A stretch of DNA of 64,000 nt from Bacteroidales bacterium (GTDB lineage Bacteria; Bacteroidota; Bacteroidia; Bacteroidales; GCA-2748055). Shown piece after piece: positions 1 through 10,703 of this stretch. Location of the stretch: contig JAOZUK010000008.1 of NCBI GenBank assembly GCA_029938715.1, forward strand, positions 5,511 through 69,510, written 5' to 3'. The notes under the pieces are model-generated. The model was not told the DNA's origin, searched no databases, and worked only from the letters and a program-made list of their open reading frames with translations. Position 1 is the first letter of the stretch, and every line of letters starts with the position of its first letter. A program made the position numbers and the translations under genes.

Positions 1-312
1 TCCTTTCAGTGCAGTTTTGATGAGCTGATTGGCTTCTGCTGTGTCACTGTCGGGATAAATATCCTGGCATATGACCCAGCTGTTGGCTGCACTGCTTGTC
101 ATCCTGAGCTGGCCTACGTTCTCAAGGTAATCCAGGGAAGCCAGGTCCTCCTTGCGATAGTAAGGATTAACATCTATTCCTTCATCGGTTTTCCATACCA
201 GTTTCTTCTTATAGTCGGCACCTTTCAGGTCGGTCCTTATCTTCTCTTCCCAAGCTGCAGTCGTGATTTCGGGGAAATCGGCAAACAGCGGTTTGTAAGC
301 CTCTTTTTTCAT
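1..312 (-). CDS. methylmalonyl-CoA mutase small (beta) subunit-like, N-terminal 104 codons; the gene runs off the left edge
   Basis: My own translation from the ATG at 310-312 on the minus strand gives MKKEAYKPLFADFPEITTAAWEEKIRTDLKGADYKKKLVWKTDEGIDVNPYYRKEDL... From memory this resembles MutA/MCM-beta N-termini. It is absent from the ORF track because it is truncated. Confidence 0.5.
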   Translation of the reverse strand, partial: MKKEAYKPLFADFPEITTAAWEEKIRTDLKGADYKKKLVWKTDEGIDVNPYYRKEDLASLDYLENVGQLRMTSSAANSWVICQDIYPDSDTAEANQLIKTALKG

Positions 313-321
313 GCTTTTTTT

Positions 322-1713
322 CTAGAATGATCCGGTCATTTTTGCAGGATCAACCCAGCTGTCGAACTCATCGCTGCTCAAATATCCCAGGCCCAGGGCC
401 GCCTCTTTCAGGGTGGTCCCTTCCTTATGTGCCTTCTTGGCAATTTCTGCTGCCTTCTCATACCCGATGTGGGTATTCAGAGCAGTTACCAGCATTAAAG
501 AGTTATTCAGGTTCTGTATAATGCGCTCCTGGTTGGGTTCAATACCCACTGCACAGTTTGCATTGAACGAGCTGCAGGCATCACCAATAAGTCGTGCCGA
601 CTCCAGGAAATTTGAGATCATCATGGGTTTGAACACATTCAACTGGAAATGACCGTTGCTGCCGCCAATATTAATGGCCACATCATTGCCCATCACCTGG
701 GCACAAGCCATGGTAAGGGCTTCAGCCTGTGTGGGATTTACTTTTCCGGGCATGATGGAGGAGCCTGGTTCATTGGCTGGAATGCTGATCTCACCGATAC
801 CACAGCGTGGCCCTGAAGCCAGCATCCGAATGTCATTTCCTATTTTCATCAGACTGACTGCCAGAGTTTTCAGGGCGCCATGGGTTTCCACAATGGCATC
901 ATGTGCTGCTAGTCCCTCAAATTTATTGGGCCCGGTAATAAAGGGAAGATCTGTGAACCTGGCTATATGTCGGGCAACCAGCTCCGAATAACCTTCAGGT
1001 GTATTTATCCCTGTTCCCACAGCTGTTCCACCCAGCGCCAGTTCAGTCAGGTGATCCAGGGTGTTTACAAGAGCCTTCAGTCCATGATCCAACTGGGAGA
1101 CATAACCGGAGAACTCCTGTCCAAGGGTCAGTGGGGTCGCATCCATCCAGTGTGTCCGGCCAATCTTCACTACATCCATATTCGATTCTGCCTTCTCTTT
1201 GAGTGTATCCCTGAGATCCATAACACCCGGTATGGTCACTTCTGTAAGCATTTTATAGGCTGCAATATGCATGGCCGTCGGGAAGGTATCATTGGAGGAT
1301 TGTGATTTGTTCACATCATCATTGGGATGGATAAGCTTCTTTCCTTCACCCAGTTTATTTCCCTCAATCACATGGGCCCGATTGGCCACCACCTCATTCA
1401 CATTCATATTGGACTGGGTACCCGATCCGGTCTGCCACACCACCAGTGGAAACTGGTCGTCCAGCTTACCTTCAATAACTTCATCACAAACCTGCATGAT
1501 CAGATTGGCTTTTTCCTCGGAAAGCACTTCCAGCTCCAGGTTTGTGGCTGCTGCAGCCTTTTTCAGGTAACCAAATGCTTTGATGATTTCGATGGGCATC
1601 TTGCCATCGCCTATTTTGAAATTCTCTTTAGAACGCTGGGTTTGGGCACCCCAGTACTTATTAGCCGGCACCTGGATTTCGCCCATGGTGTCTTTTTCAA
1701 TCCTGTAATCCAT
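322..1713 (-). CDS. fumC: class II fumarate hydratase
   Basis: 463 aa. Contains the [13 protein letters not shown] fumarate-lyase signature and a typical FumC N-terminus ([25 protein letters not shown]). Confidence 0.95.
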   Translation of the reverse strand: MDYRIEKDTMGEIQVPANKYWGAQTQRSKENFKIGDGKMPIEIIKAFGYLKKAAAATNLELEVLSEEKANLIMQVCDEVIEGKLDDQFPLVVWQTGSGTQSNMNVNEVVANRAHVIEGNKLGEGKKLIHPNDDVNKSQSSNDTFPTAMHIAAYKMLTEVTIPGVMDLRDTLKEKAESNMDVVKIGRTHWMDATPLTLGQEFSGYVSQLDHGLKALVNTLDHLTELALGGTAVGTGINTPEGYSELVARHIARFTDLPFITGPNKFEGLAAHDAIVETHGALKTLAVSLMKIGNDIRMLASGPRCGIGEISIPANEPGSSIMPGKVNPTQAEALTMACAQVMGNDVAINIGGSNGHFQLNVFKPMMISNFLESARLIGDACSSFNANCAVGIEPNQERIIQNLNNSLMLVTALNTHIGYEKAAEIAKKAHKEGTTLKEAALGLGYLSSDEFDSWVDPAKMTGSF

Positions 1714-1730
1714 TGTAATCTATTTTTGAT

Positions 1731-1738
1731 CAAATATA
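1731..1738 (-). promoter_or_regulatory. candidate Bacteroidota -7 box (TATATTTG on the minus strand) upstream of fumC
   Basis: Matches the TAnnTTTG consensus 18 nt upstream of the fumC ATG. No clear -33 TTTG was seen. Confidence 0.3.
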
Positions 1739-1796
1739 CTCAAACAGTGACTATAAAAAGAATGAATAAAAATGTTGTTAGAAAGAATAAGATTGC

Positions 1797-2135
1797 TTAC
1801 AGCTTGTCAATATTTTCAGCGGGATCGCCCACTACTGCTTTGTATTTTCCTTCCACAATGGGGCGGTGAATAAGCTTTGGATTTTCCACCATCACCTTGA
1901 TCCACTCCTGGTCGTTCAGGTTGAGCCGTTTTAACTCTTTACGGTAGAGCTCCTCCTGGGTCCTGATCAATTCAACAGGCTTTACATGGAGCTTCATGAC
2001 CAGACCTGTTAATTCGACTTCAGATAGTGGATGTTTGAGATACTCACGTATCTGAAAATCTATGTTTTTCCCTTTCAGATACAGGAGTCCGGCGCGACTC
2101 TTTTTGCAGCGGGGGTTGTGGTAAATGGTGTACAT
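1797..2135 (-). CDS. ArsC/Spx/YffB-family thioredoxin-fold reductase
   Basis: 112 aa. The N-terminal YHNPRCKKSR motif is typical of the ArsC family. Confidence 0.8.
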   Translation of the reverse strand: MYTIYHNPRCKKSRAGLLYLKGKNIDFQIREYLKHPLSEVELTGLVMKLHVKPVELIRTQEELYRKELKRLNLNDQEWIKVMVENPKLIHRPIVEGKYKAVVGDPAENIDKL

Positions 2136-2176
2136 ACTTTGGTTGTTTAATGATGTAGTTTAGGTCATAATAATTT

Positions 2177-4498
2177 TCACTCTTCTTTCTCTTTATTTAC
2201 AGGATCGGCATCAAGAACGAACATCCCGCGGCCATGGGTGGCAATAATTAACATATTCTCACGTGGATGGATGGCCAGGTCATGGACGTAGGTGCAGGGC
2301 AGGTCGCCCAACACTTCCCAGCTCTCTCCTGCGTTCTTTGATACATAAACTCCCACATCTGTACCCAGGTAGAGAATGTTTTTATTTTTTGGGTCTTCAC
2401 GGATTACATTCACTGGTCCGGCAGGAATATTGGCCGAAAGATCTTCCCAGGTGGTTCCGAAATCTGTAGAGCGCCAAACATATACTGCGGCATCATCATC
2501 CCGCCGGCCGGTCTGGGTCACATAAACGGTTCCAAAATCGTGCTCGGAAGAAACAATTCGCGAAACCCATCTCACAGGCATGGGTTTTTTCCGGATATCT
2601 TCCCAGGTGGCTCCCCCATCTTTAGTTCGCCAAAGCCTACCATCATCGGTTCCAGTATAAAGCAGATCAGAATTAAATTCCGATTCCTCCATTGCACTGA
2701 TGGTCTGGTAACTGATATCCCCCTTCATTTTGGGATCGTTATAGGTGAGATCAGGGCTTATCTTTTTCCAGGTGCCGCCACTATCAATTGATTTCAAAAC
2801 ATATTGAACCCCATGGTAAACGATATCAGCATTGTGGATCGAAAGGATGGTGGGAGCGACCCACTGCCCCCTGAATTCGGCCTCTTCGGGAAAGGTTTGC
2901 GGAAGGACCCATTCCATATCTTCGGGATATCCCTCTACCGTGGCCCTGGCTAGTTTTCCATAGAATAGCGATGCAAATATGGAGCTGTTATCCCTGGGAT
3001 CCACCACATGGGTACTCCCTTCAGCACCCAGGGTATAGTCCCATTCAGTGGGCCTCACCTTGTCTCTTCCGCTTGACAGATCCACTTCGCTGTAAAAACT
3101 ATGGTGATCCTGGATGGATCCATACACTCTGAAAGGTTCAGCCATATCATATTCTACATTGTAAAATTGAGCCATGGGGAGCTCCTTAATAAAGCTCCGC
3201 CAGTTTTCACCTTTGTCGTAGGATACACTTATCCCGCCGTCATGTGCCGCCAGAATGTAATTGGAGTTATCGGGATCGATCCACATGCCATGCTGGTCGG
3301 CATGGATCTTTTGTCTGATGGGGTCAAAGGTGGCTCCGCCATCACTGGAAACATTGATCCAAAGGCCCATGGTATATACCCGGTTTTCGTCATTGGGATC
3401 CACACGTATCTGGGCAAATACCCACCCATAGGTGCCGGAATGCCCAGACATGTATTTCTTTGTCTCTTCGATCAGACCACTCACCTGGTTCCAGCTGGTA
3501 CCAGCATCGTCAGATCTGTAGAGGGTGGCCCCTTTGATTACATCCCTTTTGGGCCTGTTATATGCATCCAGTTCACCTTCTTTCGCTTTGAATGCAACCT
3601 CATAGTCGTCTACAAATGCATAGATTACATTCGTGTTTGAGCGAGCCACATCAATCCCGGTCCGACCCATATATTTTGAGGGAGGAAGCCCTTTGGATAA
3701 CTGCTCCCAGTTCTTTCCTCCATCTGTGGTCTTCCAGATGCCATTGTTTTTATGATTTTCATATGTTCTTGGATCGTTCCACTTTAATCTGGTTCGTTGC
3801 CAGGTGGTGGCATAAAGTACATCCGGGTCCCCGGGATCCATTACCAGATCGTTGACCCCGCTTTCAGGTCCTTTGTAAAGTACCTTTTCCCAGGTTTCTC
3901 CTCCATCTATAGTTTTGTACAAACCCCGATCTTTATTCTCTGTCCATTCATGACCCGAAGCGGCCACATATACGATATTGGGATCTTCAGGGTGAATCAC
4001 TATCCGGGAGACGGTAAAGGTCTCCTCAAGCCCCATGTGTTGCCATGATTTGCCACCATCGGTGGTTTTCCAGACTCCGCATCCCGGGTTGGAGGATCTG
4101 AAAATATTAGCCTCACCGGTACCCACCCACACAATTTCCGGGTTCGATGGAGTTACCGCCAGGTCGCCTATGGTCGAGGTTCCCTGATGCTCAAAAACCG
4201 GGTCAAAGGTCACTCCCTCATTCACACTTTTCCATACCCCGCTGGATGCTGTTGCCACCCAAATGGTGTAGTTCAAACCTTTGGGCCCCACAGCCTCTAC
4301 ATCTGTGCACCTGCCACTGATGTTGGTGGGACCGATAAACTGCCATTTCAGATCCTTATAGGCAGAGCTATCCCTCATTTGTTCATGACTCATATACATG
4401 GATAGTTTCTCTGCTCCCGTTAACACAGGCTTTTTAACCTGGGCGGAAAGGAGGGTAGGGAGTAGAAACAGGCAGAGTAAAAGGATCCGTAGTTTCAT
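2177..4498 (-). CDS. secreted BNR/Asp-box repeat (sortilin/VPS10-like beta-propeller) protein
   Basis: 773 aa with a signal peptide (MKLRILLLCLFLLPTLLSAQ). About 9 Asp-box S/TxDxGxTW motifs are present, for example TTDGGKSWQ, TIDGGETWE, TTDGGKNWE, SDDAGTSWN, SIDSGGTWK, TKDGGATWE, STDFGTTWE. Confidence 0.8.
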   Translation of the reverse strand: MKLRILLLCLFLLPTLLSAQVKKPVLTGAEKLSMYMSHEQMRDSSAYKDLKWQFIGPTNISGRCTDVEAVGPKGLNYTIWVATASSGVWKSVNEGVTFDPVFEHQGTSTIGDLAVTPSNPEIVWVGTGEANIFRSSNPGCGVWKTTDGGKSWQHMGLEETFTVSRIVIHPEDPNIVYVAASGHEWTENKDRGLYKTIDGGETWEKVLYKGPESGVNDLVMDPGDPDVLYATTWQRTRLKWNDPRTYENHKNNGIWKTTDGGKNWEQLSKGLPPSKYMGRTGIDVARSNTNVIYAFVDDYEVAFKAKEGELDAYNRPKRDVIKGATLYRSDDAGTSWNQVSGLIEETKKYMSGHSGTYGWVFAQIRVDPNDENRVYTMGLWINVSSDGGATFDPIRQKIHADQHGMWIDPDNSNYILAAHDGGISVSYDKGENWRSFIKELPMAQFYNVEYDMAEPFRVYGSIQDHHSFYSEVDLSSGRDKVRPTEWDYTLGAEGSTHVVDPRDNSSIFASLFYGKLARATVEGYPEDMEWVLPQTFPEEAEFRGQWVAPTILSIHNADIVYHGVQYVLKSIDSGGTWKKISPDLTYNDPKMKGDISYQTISAMEESEFNSDLLYTGTDDGRLWRTKDGGATWEDIRKKPMPVRWVSRIVSSEHDFGTVYVTQTGRRDDDAAVYVWRSTDFGTTWEDLSANIPAGPVNVIREDPKNKNILYLGTDVGVYVSKNAGESWEVLGDLPCTYVHDLAIHPRENMLIIATHGRGMFVLDADPVNKEKEE

Positions 4499-4606
4499 AT
4501 TTTCGAAATTTGGTTTTGTAACCTTAAAAGTAGCTATTTTTTGGTCTGCCGCGAATGTTGTAACTTATCCCTTCTCCAAGAATGCTTACTACTTAACCTG
4601 TTTGTC

Positions 4607-5347
4607 ATGAAAAAATTTTACTCTCTCCTGCTTATGGTCTTCATGGGCATACTTTCTGTTCAATCACAGATTCATCTCTTTCTCGAGGAGCAGGTGGTTG
4701 ATATGGGGGATTCCAGGCCTTCAGCCTGGGTATTTCCGGTGGCACATGATCTGGACCTGGCATTGGGAGATTTACAAGATTACTGTAAAGAACGCAGCGA
4801 TGTAAAGTTGAAGAAAGAGGGTGAAAATATATTGATGGGTGAGAAAGTTTCCATTCCCACCATTGCCACAAAACGTGGTGATCTTATTGGCAAAGGCTTT
4901 ATTACTGAGACCTACTATGGTGTGGCCCTGATATTTCAGCTCGGATACGATATTTCACTCAATAGTGTGGATTGGGCCCCTGAGATGAAGAACTTTAGAA
5001 ACTATGCCAAAGCGTTTATGTCCTACCATTATGAGAAATCATTTACCCGGAGGGTGGTCGGTGTAGAGAAACAGGTCAGCGACCTTGAGAAGGAAAAAGG
5101 ACAGGGGGAGAAAAAGATCGATAGCGCGAATAAGAGGATTCTGAACCTTAATAAGAAGATTGCAAAGGAAACAGATGAAACAAAGATCGAGCTCTATAAA
5201 GCTGAAATCGATGCAAATGAAATGGAAATTGAAACCATTACAAGTAACAATTCTAAATTGCAGGAACAGATTGATCAGCTAAAAGGAGATGTGGAGAGAC
5301 TCAAGGAAGAACTACATAAATTTCAGGGCAACATAGCTTCATTTTAG
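4607..5347 (+). CDS. hypothetical secreted protein with a C-terminal coiled coil
   Basis: Internal ATG giving MKKFYSLLLMVFMGILSVQSQ (signal peptide). The C-terminal 90 aa are K/E/L-rich with heptad-like periodicity. No family recognised. Confidence 0.55.
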   Translation: MKKFYSLLLMVFMGILSVQSQIHLFLEEQVVDMGDSRPSAWVFPVAHDLDLALGDLQDYCKERSDVKLKKEGENILMGEKVSIPTIATKRGDLIGKGFITETYYGVALIFQLGYDISLNSVDWAPEMKNFRNYAKAFMSYHYEKSFTRRVVGVEKQVSDLEKEKGQGEKKIDSANKRILNLNKKIAKETDETKIELYKAEIDANEMEIETITSNNSKLQEQIDQLKGDVERLKEELHKFQGNIASF

Positions 5348-5412
5348 AGAGTTCCTTCTACCAACAACCCTTCCAAGCGCTTTTTTGCTTAATTTGCGCC
5401 AAAACGGTTCCC

Positions 5413-6090
5413 ATGCATATTTTGATTGTGGAGGATGAATTGCCGCTCATGGAATCCATGGTTTCTTACCTGGAGATGGAGGGGTTCAGGTGTGAGCAGG
5501 CCACCAGTTATCATGCAGGACTTTGCTCATTGGACAAACATGCCTATATATGTATGCTTATTGATCTCAATCTTCCTGATGGGGAGGGACTGGATCTGGT
5601 AAGGCTGGCGCGTCAGAATAAAACAAGTTCGGGGATCATCATTGTGTCTGCCCGGAATGCACTGGAAGAGAGGGTAAAGGGTTTGAGTTTGGGAGCTGAT
5701 GACTACCTGGTGAAGCCATTTCATCTGTCGGAACTGGTGGCAAGAATTCAATCGGTGGCCAGGAGAACTCGTACTCAGGGTGAGGAGATCCTGAAATTTG
5801 GTGTGATCAGGGTGATGCCGGAGGAGAGAACCTGTTATGTGAATGAGAGGCAGGTGGACCTTACCAGAAAGGAGCACGATTTACTACTTTACATGATGGC
5901 CAATCGCAACCGGGTAATCACCAAAGAGAGTATTGCTGACTACCTCTGGGGTGAATATGGGGGAGGTTATGGATCATATGACTTCGTATATACTCACCTA
6001 AAAAACCTGAAGCGTAAATTGCAGGATGCCGGTAGCCCCGATTATGTACAGAATATCTATGGAGTAGGTTATAAATTTACCCTGGAATAG
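5413..6090 (+). CDS. OmpR-family response regulator
   Basis: Receiver domain (LIDLNLPDGEG, KP) followed by a winged-helix C-terminus (YGVGYKF). Confidence 0.9.
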   Translation: MHILIVEDELPLMESMVSYLEMEGFRCEQATSYHAGLCSLDKHAYICMLIDLNLPDGEGLDLVRLARQNKTSSGIIIVSARNALEERVKGLSLGADDYLVKPFHLSELVARIQSVARRTRTQGEEILKFGVIRVMPEERTCYVNERQVDLTRKEHDLLLYMMANRNRVITKESIADYLWGEYGGGYGSYDFVYTHLKNLKRKLQDAGSPDYVQNIYGVGYKFTLE

Positions 6091-6096
6091 CACCCC

Positions 6097-7362
6097 ATGA
6101 AGCTACTTACCAAAACTACCCTGTACATTGCAACGCTCTCTCTGTTTCTCTTTTTCTTTATGGGGATTATATTTTTCCAGGTACTCAAGAACATGAGTAT
6201 TTCGGAATTGAACCGTGAATTATCACGTACAAAGGAGGTGGTAGTTGATGTTTTTCCTCATTTTCTGGGCGGTCAGCTGAAGGGGCTACCTGGTATTGAC
6301 TCCATCTCTATCAAACTCGCCTGGCCTGGAATGGAGGCTTCAGATCAGTTTGGAGACACATTGATGCTAGAGCCCATGACCAATCAATATATGACCTTTC
6401 GTTATATACAGTTTCGGTCCGAACATGGAAATGTGGCCTACGCCATTAAATTGTTTAAATCCACAACCCCGGCCGATAAGCTGGTGGAGCAGGTCACTTT
6501 GATGATGACCATGATGGTGATTCTCTTTTTGGCAGGGATTTTTTTCCTGAACAGATTTATTTTTGCCAACCTGTGGAAGGATTTCTTCGGTGCACTGGAA
6601 AAGCTGAAGCAGTTTGATACAGTGAAAGAACCCTTAAAATTGGGAGATCCGGATGTTGAGGAATTCATTGAATTAAACAGAGTACTGGAACGAATGTCCC
6701 TGCGGCTTTGCAGCGACTACAGGGAGTTGAGGGAGTACACCGATCATACCACCCATGAGTTGCAAACCCCCCTGGCTGTAATTAAAACTAAAACTGAGTT
6801 ATTGATGCAATCCACCAACCTGGGATCGAAAGAGATGCAATTACTCCAGTCCATCAATACAAGCACCAATCACCTTTCCAGACTCAACTCCACTCTGGCT
6901 CTGATCACCAGAATTGAGAATCAACAATTTACTCAGAAGCTGAAGATCAACTTGAAAGAACTCCTCGATAAACACCTCGGAATGTTACACGAACTGGTTG
7001 AATTGAGGAATATTGTAGTTGAGCGAAGGTGCGAAGGCAAGAAGCAATTCATTACCATGGACAATGGGCTTGCAGATATATTGGTCACCAATTTGCTCAA
7101 CAATGCCATCGTGCATAATGTGGAGGGCGGTAAAATCATTGTTGAGGTCGCTGATGGAGCTCTGTGTATAAGTAACAATGGCCCGGCGCTCTCATTTAAT
7201 GAGCAGGATCTTTTCAAAAGATTTGTACGGGATACAAAGAGAACCGGGAACTTTGGGCTGGGTCTCTCTCTGGTGAAGAAGATTTGTGATTATTACGGTT
7301 TCCGCATCAGCTATACCTATGAAATGGATCTGCATCTCTTTAGAATTATATTCCCGAAATAG
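6097..7362 (+). CDS. sensor histidine kinase
   Basis: Two N-terminal TM segments, an H-box (HELQTPLAVI), an N-box (LLNNAIVHN) and a G-box (GLGLSLV). It starts 7 nt after the response regulator gene. Confidence 0.9.
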   Translation: MKLLTKTTLYIATLSLFLFFFMGIIFFQVLKNMSISELNRELSRTKEVVVDVFPHFLGGQLKGLPGIDSISIKLAWPGMEASDQFGDTLMLEPMTNQYMTFRYIQFRSEHGNVAYAIKLFKSTTPADKLVEQVTLMMTMMVILFLAGIFFLNRFIFANLWKDFFGALEKLKQFDTVKEPLKLGDPDVEEFIELNRVLERMSLRLCSDYRELREYTDHTTHELQTPLAVIKTKTELLMQSTNLGSKEMQLLQSINTSTNHLSRLNSTLALITRIENQQFTQKLKINLKELLDKHLGMLHELVELRNIVVERRCEGKKQFITMDNGLADILVTNLLNNAIVHNVEGGKIIVEVADGALCISNNGPALSFNEQDLFKRFVRDTKRTGNFGLGLSLVKKICDYYGFRISYTYEMDLHLFRIIFPK

Positions 7363-7515
7363 TTTATACTAATTCTTAATAGTAGTTTAAAGGACTCATT
7401 AATAATGCGATAGATATTTCAGTATTAGATGTTTTGTCAATTTAATGGGTTTCTTCAGAATGTCAACAGAATTGGAGTATACTTTTACTTTCATAGCTAA
7501 GAGATTTTAAAGGAA

Positions 7516-7553
7516 GGCCAACTTAGATTACCCTGGGTTGGTCTTCTTTTGTT
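7516..7553 (+). terminator. possible intrinsic terminator after the two-component operon
   Basis: GGCCAAC / GTTGGTC stem (one G-U pair) with a 14-nt loop, followed by TTCTTTTGTT. Confidence 0.3.
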
Positions 7554-7579
7554 ATATTTATTTCCAAATCCGGATAGGA

Positions 7580-8023
7580 ATGTTGTACACAATTGCGTTT
7601 AAGATCCATATCTATATCAGTGCCATCACACTGCTGTCTGGAATTCTTACCCTTGTGCTTTCAATCCAGGGATGGGTGAAAAAACGGGAGTACTCAAAGC
7701 TGGATCAATGGTCCTCCGTGATCTTTAACATCGGACTTTATTTCCAGCTTATCCTTGGATTTATTATCTATTTCACCCTCAGGACCACACTGGATGGCGC
7801 TATGTGGGAGGTACCCGACACAGAGAATGATGCATCTCTCAGGTTCTGGGCCATAGAGCACATTGCTCTGATGATCTTCGCCCTCTTCCTCACGCAGCTT
7901 GGGAGATTATTTATCAAAAGGGCCACCCAATCCATCCGCATGTTTAAAGCTTCTGTGTTTTATTACGGGACAGCCCTCTTGCTCATCCTTTTCTCTATTA
8001 GCATAGCTCTTTTTTTCAGATAA
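7580..8023 (+). CDS. hypothetical 4-TM membrane protein
   Basis: I prefer the ATG at 7580 over the TTG at 7538. Four hydrophobic segments. No family recognised. Confidence 0.5.
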   Translation: MLYTIAFKIHIYISAITLLSGILTLVLSIQGWVKKREYSKLDQWSSVIFNIGLYFQLILGFIIYFTLRTTLDGAMWEVPDTENDASLRFWAIEHIALMIFALFLTQLGRLFIKRATQSIRMFKASVFYYGTALLLILFSISIALFFR

Positions 8024-8031
8024 AAAATTTT

Positions 8032-9885
8032 CTACTTCTCAGTAAAATCATTCATAAGATTTTGGAGAAATGCCAGGCCTGGATCTATTTCTAAGGAAGA
8101 ATCCGGAAAATTATTTTGAAGGAATTCATTGGTGATTAGGCTGTAAACTGAAAATGAACTGTCATACAGAAATCCAAATCCGTCATTGTATGTATAGTAT
8201 GCAAATGACTTTGAATCTTCTGAAAGCAGATCTTTGCTAAATTTAAAATCTTCGCCTGGCAGGTCAAGTTGATTAAGAAGTGTGAGAGGAATATCTGTCT
8301 GTGATCCGATTTTGTGGATGATTGTATCACGAATATTTAGAGCACCGCCAAGCCAAAGCATTGGAATATTGAATCTTATTTTATCAGAGGGAGAATCATT
8401 CCCGACCCTGCTCCCATGATCTGTCACTAAAACAATCAGTGTTTGATCCCACCACTCTTTTGTTTTGGCTGTTTCAATAAATTCTCCCAAAGAGCGGTCC
8501 GTATAGAATATGGAGTTTTTAAAATTAGTAAGTCGATCAGTTCCCTCGAAGACGGGCTCCATGGGTACATCAAAAGGATAATGACTTGACAGGGTGAGCA
8601 ATACATGAAAAAAAGGAGGGGAGGAATTGTCCGATTCTTCTGTTAAACTATGGAAGAGATGATGGTCCGGGACACCCCAGCTGGATGTTGAAAATGAGGC
8701 GGGAAAGCTTTTGTCTGATATGATTTTTTCAAATTCACCCATCATAAGGAATGATCGAAAATGACCAAAATCTATATCTCCCCCATATAAAAATGCAGAG
8801 GAGTATCCGGCCTTTTTTAGGAAATGATTGAGCCTGGGAAGTTTTTGAGCTTTACGTTCATAGCGAATTATAGCTGTACCCGGCAGGCTTGGATATCCTG
8901 CAAGGATGGCGCTAAGTGCCCGATCTGTTAACGTTCCTGTGGCATAAAAGTTTTTAAAGAATATGCCTTCCTGCATTAAAGAATTAAGATTTGGAGCAGC
9001 AGATCCATCCCCCCCAAGTTCAGTGATAATGGCTTGTCCAAAGCTTTCAAGAATAATAATTATAACATTTGGCCTTTTGGTGTTAAGAACACTCAAACTG
9101 CTTTTTTCATGTTCAAACAAGTCATTTGTAAACTCCTTTACTTTTAAATCTGGATAGTATTGATCAGATGTAGAAAATTTGTCCTTCTTCGTGATAGAAT
9201 AACCAATGCTCCACAATGGATTCACGGCGGCATGGTTCAAAAATGAAATCTGATGAAAATATACGGATCCTAAATTAATGGGAGAGGTACCAAGTCCACC
9301 CCTCATAGGGATTATTGTCGCTGGAAATAGCAGGAAAAAAAGGATCATTCCCAAGACGGATTTTTTCTGAGGGATCACAAAGGGTTTACTTACCCATTTC
9401 CTGTAAATCTGAAAATATAAAGTATATATAGTCAACCCAAACATCAGGAATATGGCCAGTAAGTTCCAGGTTGGAACAGAAGCAAACATCTCCTTGGGAG
9501 TGGATAGATAATCAAAGATGGAATCGTCAGCCGGAGTTCTCCAATATCTGTAGATTACCAAATTTGTAAAAAGGGCAAGAATAAGAACAACAAGCAATAT
9601 AAGGGTGTATATAGCAAGGATTCTTTTAAAACTCTCTGAAATAATCAGCGTGTAGAAAATAAGAATAAGGGTGGGGAAAAGGAGGATATAACCAGTAATC
9701 GAAATGTCAAGTTTCATCCCATAGGCAAGAGTCATTAACCAATCCTGAATCCCGGCATCCCCGTCAAAATCCTTATAAACAATCAGAAAAATAATCCTGA
9801 ATACTATCTGGACAAACAGGAAAAAAATAATATACCTTAAATAGAAGTAGAGGTATGGTTTAAGATTTTGAAGTATTGTTTTCAT
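8032..9885 (-). CDS. LTA-synthase/sulfatase-family (alkaline phosphatase superfamily) membrane transferase
   Basis: 617 aa with about 5 N-terminal TM helices, then a sulfatase-like domain (NVIIIILESFG, SSWGVPDHHLF, TDHG). Confidence 0.8.
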   Translation of the reverse strand: MKTILQNLKPYLYFYLRYIIFFLFVQIVFRIIFLIVYKDFDGDAGIQDWLMTLAYGMKLDISITGYILLFPTLILIFYTLIISESFKRILAIYTLILLVVLILALFTNLVIYRYWRTPADDSIFDYLSTPKEMFASVPTWNLLAIFLMFGLTIYTLYFQIYRKWVSKPFVIPQKKSVLGMILFFLLFPATIIPMRGGLGTSPINLGSVYFHQISFLNHAAVNPLWSIGYSITKKDKFSTSDQYYPDLKVKEFTNDLFEHEKSSLSVLNTKRPNVIIIILESFGQAIITELGGDGSAAPNLNSLMQEGIFFKNFYATGTLTDRALSAILAGYPSLPGTAIIRYERKAQKLPRLNHFLKKAGYSSAFLYGGDIDFGHFRSFLMMGEFEKIISDKSFPASFSTSSWGVPDHHLFHSLTEESDNSSPPFFHVLLTLSSHYPFDVPMEPVFEGTDRLTNFKNSIFYTDRSLGEFIETAKTKEWWDQTLIVLVTDHGSRVGNDSPSDKIRFNIPMLWLGGALNIRDTIIHKIGSQTDIPLTLLNQLDLPGEDFKFSKDLLSEDSKSFAYYTYNDGFGFLYDSSFSVYSLITNEFLQNNFPDSSLEIDPGLAFLQNLMNDFTEK

Positions 9886-9910
9886 CTGAATTCTAACAAA
9901 GATAGTTGAC

Positions 9911-10645
9911 TTATTGTTTCAACGCGGCCTTGGTAAATATGTATTCGGGTATATCCTGGTCAAACTTTGCGCTGCTTATCCTGAATTCGGTACCCTTGCC
10001 ATCCTTGAGCATGTCTTTATAGACCATGGTCATTGGAAACCAGCGACCCTGGACCTTTTGAACATCTGAAAGAGTCGTGCGCTTCAGAAGCTTACCACTC
10101 TTGGCAAACATCTCCTGTTTTAGGGGAACGAATCGTTCGCTATCCACCCAGAGCCTCTGACTATGGTAGGCCACATCATCGACGATGGCTGCCAGGTCAA
10201 GGATATAAGTGTCTCTACCTTCTATCTCTTCGTGACCGGCAATGGTGGCATTATAAATATCTGTGAGTTTCCTGTCATCCATCATATCCTCGAAGGAGAG
10301 ATCGGAGCCCATCACCGACTGGCGCAACATATGTCCCGAGATCTGAATGATGCGATCGGTGGAGGGCGAATAGATCCAGAGTTTATTCTCCTGCTTTAGC
10401 ATTTTGGTTCCTTGTTCGCGGGCGGGGGAGAGGTATTCGGTAAAGGACTGTTTATCACCCTCCGAATAGGTTTTTGACGTAATGGTCCGGCTCGAACGGC
10501 GACCATGGATGACCATGTCCGATTCAAAAATCCGGTTTTTGGACGACATGTTTTTATCCACAGTTTCCAATATCTCTTTTGCCTCCTGTGCGTTCAGTCC
10601 CAACACAATGGCTGTCATCAGGAGTGTTATCATTATCTTTTTCAT
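9911..10645 (-). CDS. LolA-like outer-membrane lipoprotein-sorting family protein
   Basis: 244 aa with a signal peptide. The layout is typical of the LolA_like family: KTYSEGDKQSFTEYLSP..GTKMLK...LWIYSP, with a C-terminal beta-rich part. Confidence 0.7.
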   Translation of the reverse strand: MKKIMITLLMTAIVLGLNAQEAKEILETVDKNMSSKNRIFESDMVIHGRRSSRTITSKTYSEGDKQSFTEYLSPAREQGTKMLKQENKLWIYSPSTDRIIQISGHMLRQSVMGSDLSFEDMMDDRKLTDIYNATIAGHEEIEGRDTYILDLAAIVDDVAYHSQRLWVDSERFVPLKQEMFAKSGKLLKRTTLSDVQKVQGRWFPMTMVYKDMLKDGKGTEFRISSAKFDQDIPEYIFTKAALKQ

Positions 10646-10703
10646 CTTCTTTACTTATTAATTAGTATCTGAACAAATTGGGTGCCATGTTGTGGCGGTT
10701 CAC

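Noticed and set aside
9400-9885. AT-rich patches (also 60588-62585) as signs of horizontal transfer
   Set aside because: By-eye counts show about 27-32% GC only in stretches encoding TM helices (F/I/L/K/Y codons). The soluble domains of the same genes or operons are about 48-50% GC, like the rest of the window. No mobility genes flank them. No formal GC or codon computation was done.
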